Source: Bacteroidota bacterium
Lineage (GTDB): Bacteria > Bacteroidota > Bacteroidia > NS11-12g > UBA955
DNA length: 64,000 nucleotides
Assembly (NCBI GenBank): GCA_013205405.1
Contig: JABMMZ010000065.1
Location: 3,252 to 67,251, forward strand
Direction of reading: 5' to 3'
The notes below the pieces were generated by a model, which worked only from the letters and a program-made list of their open reading frames with translations, did not search any database and was not told the DNA's origin. Below, in pieces: positions 7,843 to 16,968 of the stretch (position 1 is the first letter of the stretch; every line of letters starts with the position of its first letter). A program made the position numbers and the translations under genes.

Positions 7843-8286
7843 ATGAAATTAATTAAAACAACTAATTATCCCTTACAGTGGGAAAATAGAATTGAAGAGT
7901 GGATGAATAAAAATGGCTTGTATCAATTGGGGAAATTAAACCAAAATGTAATGCATGATTTAAATTTATTTCTAAGTATTCTAAAATCTTACCCTGGCAT
8001 ATCTACAGAATTTCTTTATCAAATAAATGATTTTACTTATGGTATAAAAGTAAGTTGTAAAAACAAGAATATACCATTTATAGCTTACGTTCGTTATGTT
8101 GTAGATGCAGAAGGAGAATTAACATTTGAAATATTTTACACAAATTTTCCTGTTTGGAACAAGGAGAATTGCTCCATAGATTATCAGTATGAAACCATAA
8201 AGATTAGTGGTTCCGAAATAAACGATAGTCAATTCCTAGTTGAGCAAATCATGCAATTATATATTCTTTTTTCAGATTCAAATTAA
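7843..8286 (+). CDS. hypothetical protein, 147 aa
   Basis: ORF 82 nt downstream of the AAA+ ATPase on the same strand. No family recognised. Confidence 0.5.
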   Translation: MKLIKTTNYPLQWENRIEEWMNKNGLYQLGKLNQNVMHDLNLFLSILKSYPGISTEFLYQINDFTYGIKVSCKNKNIPFIAYVRYVVDAEGELTFEIFYTNFPVWNKENCSIDYQYETIKISGSEINDSQFLVEQIMQLYILFSDSN

Positions 8287-8611
8287 CTTAATCTGTTTCT
8301 CCAAAAAATTCCTCGAAGCAAGTAAATAAATTTTTATCGGTTATATGAATTAATTCATTTTATAATTGAAAATTGATATGCAAACTATTTTATTTATTGC
8401 ACCTAAAATCAATAGTATCCTATTTAAATTTATGACTTTCAAATTTAGATAATTCAACCATTATTTGGTAAAAAATAGGTGAATTATTAACGATTAAAAG
8501 ACTAATTATATTGTATTAATTTGCCATTCATAAATTGTACTTTAGTTAATTTTTTTAAGTGATATTTCCTTTTAAAGGGGACGTTTAGTTAATTTTTTAA
8601 AATAATTTCAC

Positions 8612-8619
8612 TATATTTG
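8612..8619 (+). promoter_or_regulatory. -7 promoter element (TAnnTTTG) for the OMP gene
   Basis: TATATTTG, 12 nt upstream of ATG 8632. Confidence 0.45.
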
Positions 8620-8631
8620 TATATATTAATT

Positions 8632-9357
8632 ATGAAAAAATATTTTACTATCATCATAGTTTTTGCCTTTATAAAAAGCATAAACGCTCAAAATGAAAAC
8701 TTATTTTCTAAAGCCCTTTCTATAAGCATAGGGGCAAGTAATCCGCAGGGTGATTTAAGCAAAACAAATATAAATGATAGTAGCTCGGGCTATGCCAAAA
8801 GAGGTGCTGCACTCGCCCTTAATTTTGAGTACAGTTTTCCAAAAGGAATAGGCTTTTATGCCCAATACCATACCACCACTATGGCTATAGACAATGCCAA
8901 ACTGGCTTCAGATGCAGAAACAGATTTAGGCTTTGGTTGGAAAAATTCTGAAATAAAAACAAGCGGTTATAAAATTAGTGCTCTTAATTTTGGTCTAATG
9001 TACACCATCAATAAAAACCATAAATTTCAAATAATACCACGTTTAGGCTTTAGCTTTAGCAATTGCACTAACAGAAAAATAGATGCCACTTTTAAAAATG
9101 GCGCATTTACTGCACGCTATAATTTTGAAGATGGTAAGGCAAGTGCTGTGAATATTAATTGGGGTTTTGATTTAAGTTACCGTGTATCTAAAAAAATAAT
9201 TATTCTAGCTAAGTTTGTAAACCAAGTACAAGTGCCACAATTTGATGTTAAAAGACAAGCCTATCTCAATGGCTTTTTAATAAAAGAAGAAAAGAAAAAA
9301 GAAACCGTAGGACAGCTATTTAGCGGATTTTTGTTTGGAATAAAATATAGGATTTGA
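8632..9357 (+). CDS. outer-membrane beta-barrel protein (porin-like), signal peptide
   Basis: ATG 8632 gives MKKYFTIIIVFAFIKSINAQ (signal peptide). The rest has an alternating aromatic/small-residue beta-strand pattern (YAQYHTTT, GFSFSN, WGFDLSYRV). The track start at 8617 is a TTG inside the -7 box. Confidence 0.6.
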   Translation: MKKYFTIIIVFAFIKSINAQNENLFSKALSISIGASNPQGDLSKTNINDSSSGYAKRGAALALNFEYSFPKGIGFYAQYHTTTMAIDNAKLASDAETDLGFGWKNSEIKTSGYKISALNFGLMYTINKNHKFQIIPRLGFSFSNCTNRKIDATFKNGAFTARYNFEDGKASAVNINWGFDLSYRVSKKIIILAKFVNQVQVPQFDVKRQAYLNGFLIKEEKKKETVGQLFSGFLFGIKYRI

Positions 9358-9369
9358 GACTAATAAATT

Positions 9370-9711
9370 ATGATTTGGAATTCGATTCGCAATGATATCT
9401 TTCTTGAAAAATCAAATCTATTTCTAAAATGGGGTATTTCTAATTTTGAATTATCTAAAACAGGCAATCCTATTATAGAAAAACAGGATGGGAGAGTAAA
9501 AATAATATGGAAGGATGAATCTCTACTTTCTGGAATTAAAGGCGATTGGTATGTTACTTTTTTGAAAATGACGAAATTAAACCGTTTAATTCAATTAATT
9601 TATATTACTCAGAAGACTTTATTTCTATTAATTTATTTTGAGACAATTAAAAACCATCTGATTAAGAATCTTGGATTCTCTGAAATACAACAAAATGCAA
9701 ATGGCAAATAA
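9370..9711 (+). CDS. hypothetical protein, 113 aa
   Basis: ORF only; no recognisable motifs. Confidence 0.35.
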   Translation: MIWNSIRNDIFLEKSNLFLKWGISNFELSKTGNPIIEKQDGRVKIIWKDESLLSGIKGDWYVTFLKMTKLNRLIQLIYITQKTLFLLIYFETIKNHLIKNLGFSEIQQNANGK

Positions 9712-9738
9712 ATAATGTAATATTACAATTATTTATCT

Positions 9739-9754
9739 GAAATGCATGCATTTC
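9739..9754. promoter_or_regulatory. perfect 16-bp palindrome in an intergenic region
   Basis: gaaatgcatgcatttc is self-complementary. A second perfect 12-bp palindrome, tgtaatattaca, lies at 9716-9727. Confidence 0.4.
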
Positions 9755-9945
9755 GTATCAGTTTTACGATTAAAAAATCGAGCAATAATTTTCAATTTTT
9801 AAAAAGAATTATAAATAAATACTTTTAAATACAACGCCTTACTTCTCCATATCCAAATACCAAAAAAACCTCGTCTTAAAAAAAATTTGGCTATTACGCT
9901 TAAAATTAAGTTATTTGCACCAACAATTTAAAATAAAAAAATAAC

Positions 9946-10182
9946 ATGTCAGAAGTAGCAGCAAAAGTAAAGTCAATTATTATTGACAAATTAGGAGTAG
10001 AAGAGAGTGAAGTAACTCCTGAGGCAAGCTTTACAAACGATTTAGGTGCCGATTCATTAGATACAGTTGAATTGATAATGGAATTCGAAAAAGAATTTAA
10101 CATTGCAATTCCTGATGAACAAGCCGAAAAAATTGGTACAGTAGGTGATGCAATCACTTACATCGAAAACAACACTAAGTAA
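9946..10182 (+). CDS. acpP: acyl carrier protein
   Basis: 78 aa with the canonical [12 protein letters not shown] phosphopantetheine-attachment motif. It lies immediately upstream of fabF. Confidence 0.97.
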   Translation: MSEVAAKVKSIIIDKLGVEESEVTPEASFTNDLGADSLDTVELIMEFEKEFNIAIPDEQAEKIGTVGDAITYIENNTK

Positions 10183-10207
10183 TTTTTAATATCCTAAAGC
10201 TATTTAT

Positions 10208-11461
10208 ATGGAACTAAAACGTGTAGTAGTTACAGGATTGGGTGCACTTACCCCATTAGGCAATACAGTTCAAGAATTTTGGAATGGCTTGTCTAATGGC
10301 GTAAGTGGTGCTGGTATGATTACACAATTTGATACCACCAAGTTTAAAACTAAATTTGCTTGTGAGGTAAAAAATTTCAATCCCGAAGACTTTATGGACC
10401 GCAAAGAAGCCAGAAAAATGGACCGCTTTGCGCAATTTGCTTGTGTAACCACAGAGCAAGCCATTTCAGATTCAGGCTTAGATTTAGAAAATATTGACAA
10501 ATCAAGAGTAGGGGTAATTTGGGGCAGCGGTATTGGCGGATTAACATCTTTTTTTAATGAAAGTGCCGAATATGCCCGTGGTGATGGTACACCTCGTTTC
10601 TCACCTTTCTTTATTACCAAAATGATATCCGATATAGCCGGTGGTTTGGTAAGTATTAAATATGGTTTTGGTGGTCCCAATTATACCACTGTTTCCGCAT
10701 GTGCTAGTAGCAATAATGCAATTATAGATGCCTATGTTAATATTCAATTAGGCAAATGTAATATAGTAGTTACTGGTGGCTCTGAGGCTTGTGTAAACGA
10801 GCCTGCTATGGGTGGTTTTTGCAATATGAAAGCCCTTAGCGAACGCAACGATGATCCTCAAACAGCCTCTCGTCCTTTTGATAAAGACAGAGATGGTTTT
10901 GTACTTGGCGAAGGCTCTGCTGCGCTTGTATTAGAAGAATACGAACATGCAATAGCCCGTGGTGCCAAAATATATTGCGAATTAGTAGGTACAGGCATGA
11001 GTGCCGATGCCTACCACATGACAGCCCCTCATCCTGAAGGATTAGGCGTTATCAATGTACTTAATTGGGCTTTGCAAGATGCCAACCTTAAACCAACAGA
11101 TGTAGATTACATCAATGTACATGGCACAAGCACACCTTTGGGAGATGTAGCAGAATTAAAAGCTATTCAAGCAGTATTTGGAGAGCATGCATATAATTTA
11201 AATATTAGCTCTACAAAATCTATGACCGGCCATTTACTTGGTGGTGCTGGTGCTATTGAAGCTGTGGCTTCTATTATGGCCATGCAACATAATCTTGTTC
11301 CGCCTACTATTAATCATTTTACTAGTGACCCAGCAATAGACCCGAAATTAAATTTAACATTTAATACAGCACAACCAAAGCAAATCAATATAGCTATTAG
11401 CAATACTTTTGGTTTTGGTGGTCATAACGCTTCTGTTATTTTTAAACGCCACAGCGTGTAA
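10208..11461 (+). CDS. fabF: 3-oxoacyl-ACP synthase II (KAS II)
   Basis: 417 aa with active-site context TVSACASS, then HGTSTPLGD and GHLLGGAGA, and the C-terminal NTFGFGGHN. Confidence 0.95.
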   Translation: MELKRVVVTGLGALTPLGNTVQEFWNGLSNGVSGAGMITQFDTTKFKTKFACEVKNFNPEDFMDRKEARKMDRFAQFACVTTEQAISDSGLDLENIDKSRVGVIWGSGIGGLTSFFNESAEYARGDGTPRFSPFFITKMISDIAGGLVSIKYGFGGPNYTTVSACASSNNAIIDAYVNIQLGKCNIVVTGGSEACVNEPAMGGFCNMKALSERNDDPQTASRPFDKDRDGFVLGEGSAALVLEEYEHAIARGAKIYCELVGTGMSADAYHMTAPHPEGLGVINVLNWALQDANLKPTDVDYINVHGTSTPLGDVAELKAIQAVFGEHAYNLNISSTKSMTGHLLGGAGAIEAVASIMAMQHNLVPPTINHFTSDPAIDPKLNLTFNTAQPKQINIAISNTFGFGGHNASVIFKRHSV

Positions 11462-11480
11462 TTTTTTTAAATTATTACGC

Positions 11481-12227
11481 GTGCTAAGAGAATTTTTTCT
11501 TCTTAATTTTTCTAAAAATAAACTCCATTATCAAGTTTTTTATAATGTGCTAGGATTTTGTCCTGGCAAATTAAAACTATACCAAATAGCCCTTACCCAC
11601 CATTCTTACAAACACTTACAAAGAACCAAAGGTGCTGCAAAGTTAAATAATGAACGCTTAGAATATTTGGGAGATTCTGTATTTGGATTTATTGTTGCTG
11701 AAAAATTGTATAATTTATACCCTTATCAAGATGAAGGTTTTTTAACAGAAATGCGTTCAAAAATTGTGAACCGTCAAAGGCTTAATACAATTGGTAAAAA
11801 AATGGGTTTGCAAGTTTTACTTAAATACGATAAAAAACTAGAACGTGAAAGTCGTTTTATGGATACCATGACAGGGAATGCATTTGAAGCATTGATTGGC
11901 GCCATTTATATAGATAAAGGATTTAAATTTACTCGAAATTATATCTTAACTAAAATAATTGATAGTTATATTGACTTTAAAGTATTAATAGATGATGAAA
12001 TAAGCTATAAAGCACGTCTTACAAAATGGGCGCAAAGAGAACATAAAAAATTAGAGTTTATTGTTAAAAATATTGAGATACTAAATAAACACAAATTATA
12101 TGAAATAGCCGTGCTTATAGATGGAGAAGAGGTAATATTAAATAAAAATCACTCTAAAAAAAGTGCCGAAGAAATAGCTAGCGAAAAGTTATGCTTGGCT
12201 ATGAAAATTCCAGTGTTCAAAGTATAA
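11481..12227 (+). CDS. rnc: ribonuclease III
   Basis: RNase III signature NERLEYLGDSV, then GNAFEALIGAIYID, and a C-terminal dsRBD. The track start 11409 overlaps fabF by 53 nt. An in-frame GTG at 11481 is a more plausible start, but this is uncertain. Confidence 0.85.
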   Translation: MLREFFLLNFSKNKLHYQVFYNVLGFCPGKLKLYQIALTHHSYKHLQRTKGAAKLNNERLEYLGDSVFGFIVAEKLYNLYPYQDEGFLTEMRSKIVNRQRLNTIGKKMGLQVLLKYDKKLERESRFMDTMTGNAFEALIGAIYIDKGFKFTRNYILTKIIDSYIDFKVLIDDEISYKARLTKWAQREHKKLEFIVKNIEILNKHKLYEIAVLIDGEEVILNKNHSKKSAEEIASEKLCLAMKIPVFKV

Positions 12228-12255
12228 AAAATAGCACAATTTATTCTTTTTTGAT

Positions 12256-12263
12256 TAAATTTG
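12256..12263 (+). promoter_or_regulatory. -7 promoter element (TAnnTTTG) for the large T9SS cargo gene
   Basis: TAAATTTG, 8 nt upstream of ATG 12272. This supports the internal start. Confidence 0.4.
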
Positions 12264-12271
12264 CTATTCAA

Positions 12272-15200
12272 ATGAAAAAATATATTTTATTTCTCACCTT
12301 TATTTGTTTTTTTACCCATAAATTGTTTGCACAAACACCTGTTTACCAGGCAATTATGCAGGATTTTAATATTAATTTTTACACTGTTTGCGATTCTGCA
12401 GAAGCTTATTTTAAAAATAAAGACAAAGGAAAAGGTTCGGGTTATAAGCCTTTTTTAAGATGGAAATACGAAAATGAGTCTAAATATTTTCCTTCTGGAA
12501 ATAGAATTTTAGACCATTATTTACCCGCTAAAGAGTTTGATAGAATTAAAGAATCTGAGGTAATAAAAAAAGAAGAAATTGATAAAAATATAGAAATTGG
12601 GGTTAGTGAATTAAGTTTATTTCCTACGGGAACTGGTTGGCAAAGTTTAGGACCAGATTCTATCTCTAATATTACTATTCATTATGCCTCTGGCCTAGGC
12701 AGAGTGGAATATGTAGATATAAATAAAAATAACGCCCAACAAATTTATATTGGTTCGCGCAGTGGAGGATTATGGAGAACCAGCAATGGTAGCTCTACTT
12801 GGATACATCATACAGATTTTTTACCAGCCTCGGGGGTTAATGCCATAGCAGCATCTCCTAGTAATTTTGATTCGGTGCTTATAAATGTTAGAATAGCAGA
12901 AAATGGTACTTCATTTGGTATTTATCGCTCGGTAGATGGTGGTGTAAATTTTACAAAAACACCCTTTAATCCTACTAATTTAGGATTTGGAGGACTGGGT
13001 TCTAATTTTCAAATTAATATAATAAAATACCATCCTAAAATAAAAAATTTAGTTTTTGTAGGAACAGATAGAGGTATTTTTAAATCAACAGATAATCTTG
13101 TTACATGGACCCGTTTAAATACCTCTTGGAACGTTAGGGATATAGAGTTTCACCCAACTAAGGATAGTATTATTTATATTTACGAAAACTATTATTGGGG
13201 AACTAATAAAAACAATATTTTTAAATCTACTAATCTTGGTGTGAGTTATTCTGCATTGTCTGCTATTTCTGGCAATTCAGATGCTAGTATTAATATTTCT
13301 TTATCAGCAGTGTGTGCTAACTGTATTTTTTTAAGTTCTAATAATGGTATATGGAAATCTACAAATGGCGGCACTACTTTTACAACAACTGTTAGTCCGG
13401 CACCCACCGGTGTTAGCTTGTACTATGCAACCCCCAATGATAATGATACAAGTAAATATGTAAGTGGATATGTAGATTTATTTAGAAGTACCAATGGTGG
13501 TTCTTCATTTAATCAATGTACTTGGTGGTCGCTTGGAAGTGCGCAAAATGGCAATGGAAATTTTCAACAAAATTTTAAAAATAGCACCAACTATGTGCAC
13601 GCAGATTGCAATTATCTAACCTGTGTAAATGGCACCTATTATGGCTGTACTGATGGTTTTTTAGTAAAATCTACTGACAATGGTGTAACATGGAAAAAAC
13701 TGAGTACAAAGGTAGGTATCAGAGAAAATTACAATTTAGGTTTATCGCAAAGCAATCATTATAAAAGCATTAGTGGCTCGCAAGACAACGGCACCAGTAT
13801 TAAAATAGAAAATGGTTGGATAGAAGCCTACGGAGCTGATGGAATGGAGTGCTTAATACATCCATTAAATGAAAACTGGATGATAGGCAGCACACAATAT
13901 GGTGGCAGAATAAGAACTTTAGATAATGGCACTTCTATTAATGGTATAGCGCCTTCAGGCCAATCTGCTTGGTGGATAGCCCCTATGTTTTATGACCCCA
14001 ATAATCATATGACCATATATTCCATTGGAGTAAACGTACATAAAAGTACAAATTTTGGTACTACATGGCGAACACTTGGTGCACCTTCAAGTTTTAGTGG
14101 TAATCAAGCTAACTATGGCACTATTGCCGAAAATAATAGCAGTTTAATAGTACTTACCAATGGCGAAAAAATAGAATTATCTAAAGACTCAGGCAATACA
14201 TTTACAAGCATTAAAAATACTTTACCTAATCAATGGATTACGGATGTCATATTTGCACCCAAAAATGATTCTATTATCATTGTTACTTATGACGATTATC
14301 AAAATAATAGTCAGAAAGTATATATCTCTAAAAACTTAGGCAATACCTGGACCAATATTACTTATAATCTTGGCAATATGCCTATTCATAGCACAGTAAT
14401 TGACCATTCAGATTCAGCCAATATATATTTAGGTGCTGCTATTGGTATTTATAAAAAATCTATGATAGGTAAAACATGGAAATTATATAACAAAGATTTA
14501 CCTAATGTATCCATTAAAGAATTAGAAATAAACAATGGTTCAAATACCATAAAAGCTGCTACTTGGGGCAGAGGAATCTGGGAGTATGCATTGGTAGATA
14601 GAGAAAATTATCCATCAATAGTTAAAACAAATATTACCTCTGAAATAACTGCTAACTCACCTAAATCATCTGTAAAACAAACTGTAACCTCAAACATTGA
14701 GTCAAAAGATTCCTTAACAAGTGTTTTTGTAAAATGGAGTTACAACACCCCTAAATTTAATAATTATATTGCTATGAGTAAAACGAGTGGCATTACTTGG
14801 ACCTCAAAAAAGCCTTTGCCAGATAGCATAGCAGGAACAAAAATATTTTTTAAAGTATTTGCAGTAGGTAAAAATAAAGATACTTCTGAAACATATAAAT
14901 TCATGTACACACTTTATCCTTTTGAATATTGCGCAGCAAAAGGCGAGAAAGTAAATGGTAACTTATTTATCAATAGACTAAGAGTAGCCAATATTGATAA
15001 TAACAATACTGGAAATACCTTAGATACAACCTATGCCAATAAAAAAGTGATATTATATATTGATTCCACTTACACTATTACTGGGGATATAAATACTGGT
15101 TGGACAGAAAACGACTTTCATACTTGGATAGATTATAACAGAGATGCTAGCTTTTCGGTAACTGAAAAAGTGGCAGCAGATATAAACACAGGTTCATTAG

Positions 15201-16906
15201 GCACGGGCACTTTAAAAGTTCCTACCACTGCACTAGAAGGCAATACTTTAATGCGCGTAAGACTTGGCTATTGGGATAATACTTACAGCCCATGTGGCAC
15301 CACATTAGGCGAGGTAGAGAACTATCCAGTAGAAATTAGAAAAGTGCCATTATTAAGTTATAGTGGAGATACTGCTATATGCGAAAGCACTAAATCGATG
15401 GTAAAATATAACGGCACGTTGGTAGATTCTGTAAAATGGTCGCTAAGTAATGGTGTAAAGATTTTTTCTTACAAAGGCGATTCTTTTAGCACAGTTTCTT
15501 TACCTGCTGCTAAATATTCTATTACGGTAAGAGCTTATAAATATGGTATTCTATATACAAAACCTTATGCCAATGCTTTTAGAATAATTGCTAAACCTAC
15601 TGTTTCTGCAGGTGCAGATACTAGAATATGTATAAATAAAAGTGTTATATTAACAGGTATTAGCACCGATACGTTATCATGGAATTATGGCATTTCAAAT
15701 GGTATTTCTTTTAATCCAATCATTACAAAACTATATGTATTAACTGCCAAAAACGCCAGAAACTGCAAAAATACTGATACAGTAAAAGTAACTGTTGACT
15801 CATTGCCATATGTTAACGCAGGTATAAATCAAAGAATTTGCAAAGGAAATTCTGCCACTTTAAGTGGAAACGGAGCAGGAACATTAACTTGGAATAATAA
15901 TGTAATTAATGGTGCGACATTTACACCTTCCGTTTCAAATTCTTATGTGATAACTGCTACCAATACTTTAGGCTGCATAAAAACAGATACAACAATGATA
16001 AGTTTAGATACTTTACCTAAAGCTTTTGCGGGTATCAACCAAAGAAATTGTTTTAAAATTAAAGTTGTTTTAAATGGTTCTGGAGATGGTACTTACGCAT
16101 GGAATAATAATGTTATAAATGGTGTAGCATTTGCACCTAAAATAACACAATCATATATTTTAACAGTAACAAACCCCAATAATTGTATTGGTTTGGATAC
16201 TGTATTAATAACAGTTGACACCTTGCCTTTGGTAAATGCAGGAGTAGACAAAAATATATGTAATAAAGATTTTGTTACCTTGAATGGCAGAGGTGATGGG
16301 CAATTAACTTGGGATAATGGTATTCAAAACAATATTTCTTTTAAACCTAATAATTCAAGTTCTTATGTTTTAACATCTAAAAATGTTAACAATTGCTTGA
16401 AAAAAGATACTGCAAACATAACAGTCAATAAACCTGATACGGGTATTACTAAATTAAATAATACTACCTTACAAGCCAATGCCATATCTGCCCAATACCA
16501 ATGGATAAATTGTAATAACTTTCAAGTAATTCCAACGGCTACCAATAGAGAATATACGGCCACAGCTAATGGAAATTACGCAGTAGTAGTAACACAAAAT
16601 AATTGTACCGATACTTCTAAATGCATTAATTTATTACCATTAAGTGTTACACAAATTATTCAATCAGATATGTTAAAAATATATCCGAATCCTACAAATG
16701 GAATTATAACTGTAGAGTATAAAAGTAATAAATTATTTTCATACATATTAACCGACTTAAATGGAAAAATAGTATTAAAATCTTCTTCTAATATATTAAA
16801 CAGAGCGAATATTGTGCTTGATATTTTTGAAAGTGGCATTTATATTATTTCCATTAAAGACGCTGACAGATTGAGTAAAAATGTAATGATAAATTTAGTA
16901 AAATAA
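12272..16906 (+). CDS. very large T9SS-secreted protein: sortilin/BNR-like beta-propeller repeats, four tandem ~70-aa Cys-containing repeats, and a Por/T9SS C-terminal sorting domain
   Basis: ATG 12272 gives the signal peptide MKKYILFLTFICFFTHKLFAQ. Repeated S-x-D/N-x-G-x-T/S-W/F motifs are present (STNGGSSF, STDNGVTW, SKDSGNTF, SKNLGNTW). The C-terminus reads KIYPNPTNGIITVEY...GIYIISIKD. The track start 12191 overlaps rnc. Confidence 0.85.
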   Translation: MKKYILFLTFICFFTHKLFAQTPVYQAIMQDFNINFYTVCDSAEAYFKNKDKGKGSGYKPFLRWKYENESKYFPSGNRILDHYLPAKEFDRIKESEVIKKEEIDKNIEIGVSELSLFPTGTGWQSLGPDSISNITIHYASGLGRVEYVDINKNNAQQIYIGSRSGGLWRTSNGSSTWIHHTDFLPASGVNAIAASPSNFDSVLINVRIAENGTSFGIYRSVDGGVNFTKTPFNPTNLGFGGLGSNFQINIIKYHPKIKNLVFVGTDRGIFKSTDNLVTWTRLNTSWNVRDIEFHPTKDSIIYIYENYYWGTNKNNIFKSTNLGVSYSALSAISGNSDASINISLSAVCANCIFLSSNNGIWKSTNGGTTFTTTVSPAPTGVSLYYATPNDNDTSKYVSGYVDLFRSTNGGSSFNQCTWWSLGSAQNGNGNFQQNFKNSTNYVHADCNYLTCVNGTYYGCTDGFLVKSTDNGVTWKKLSTKVGIRENYNLGLSQSNHYKSISGSQDNGTSIKIENGWIEAYGADGMECLIHPLNENWMIGSTQYGGRIRTLDNGTSINGIAPSGQSAWWIAPMFYDPNNHMTIYSIGVNVHKSTNFGTTWRTLGAPSSFSGNQANYGTIAENNSSLIVLTNGEKIELSKDSGNTFTSIKNTLPNQWITDVIFAPKNDSIIIVTYDDYQNNSQKVYISKNLGNTWTNITYNLGNMPIHSTVIDHSDSANIYLGAAIGIYKKSMIGKTWKLYNKDLPNVSIKELEINNGSNTIKAATWGRGIWEYALVDRENYPSIVKTNITSEITANSPKSSVKQTVTSNIESKDSLTSVFVKWSYNTPKFNNYIAMSKTSGITWTSKKPLPDSIAGTKIFFKVFAVGKNKDTSETYKFMYTLYPFEYCAAKGEKVNGNLFINRLRVANIDNNNTGNTLDTTYANKKVILYIDSTYTITGDINTGWTENDFHTWIDYNRDASFSVTEKVAADINTGSLGTGTLKVPTTALEGNTLMRVRLGYWDNTYSPCGTTLGEVENYPVEIRKVPLLSYSGDTAICESTKSMVKYNGTLVDSVKWSLSNGVKIFSYKGDSFSTVSLPAAKYSITVRAYKYGILYTKPYANAFRIIAKPTVSAGADTRICINKSVILTGISTDTLSWNYGISNGISFNPIITKLYVLTAKNARNCKNTDTVKVTVDSLPYVNAGINQRICKGNSATLSGNGAGTLTWNNNVINGATFTPSVSNSYVITATNTLGCIKTDTTMISLDTLPKAFAGINQRNCFKIKVVLNGSGDGTYAWNNNVINGVAFAPKITQSYILTVTNPNNCIGLDTVLITVDTLPLVNAGVDKNICNKDFVTLNGRGDGQLTWDNGIQNNISFKPNNSSSYVLTSKNVNNCLKKDTANITVNKPDTGITKLNNTTLQANAISAQYQWINCNNFQVIPTATNREYTATANGNYAVVVTQNNCTDTSKCINLLPLSVTQIIQSDMLKIYPNPTNGIITVEYKSNKLFSYILTDLNGKIVLKSSSNILNRANIVLDIFESGIYIISIKDADRLSKNVMINLVK
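15596..16432 (+). repeat. four tandem, diverged ~210-nt (about 70-aa) intragenic repeats encoding Cys-containing beta-rich modules
   Basis: The protein-level period is visible four times: (A/V)NAG.(D/N)..IC......L.G.G.G...W(N/D)N....G..F.P.....Y.LT..N...C...DT..(I/V)TVD(S/T)LP. Confidence 0.7.
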
Positions 16907-16929
16907 TAGCTAAAAACTTAGGACAATAA

Positions 16930-16957
16930 AAATCCCTCAATCTAAATTGAGGGATTT
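16930..16957. terminator. bidirectional rho-independent terminator between convergent genes
   Basis: Perfect 12-bp stem aaatccctcaat (16930-16941) / attgagggattt (16946-16957) with loop ctaa. It is flanked by an A-run upstream and a T-run downstream. Confidence 0.85.
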
Positions 16958-16968
16958 TTTTAGAATAT

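Noticed and set aside
11409-11480. The track start of rnc at 11409 (a 53-nt overlap with fabF) and the track start of the T9SS protein at 12191 (overlap with rnc)
   Set aside because: The N-terminal extensions are hydrophobic nonsense relative to the families. Downstream starts (GTG 11481, and ATG 12272 preceded by a -7 box and giving a signal peptide) remove the overlaps.
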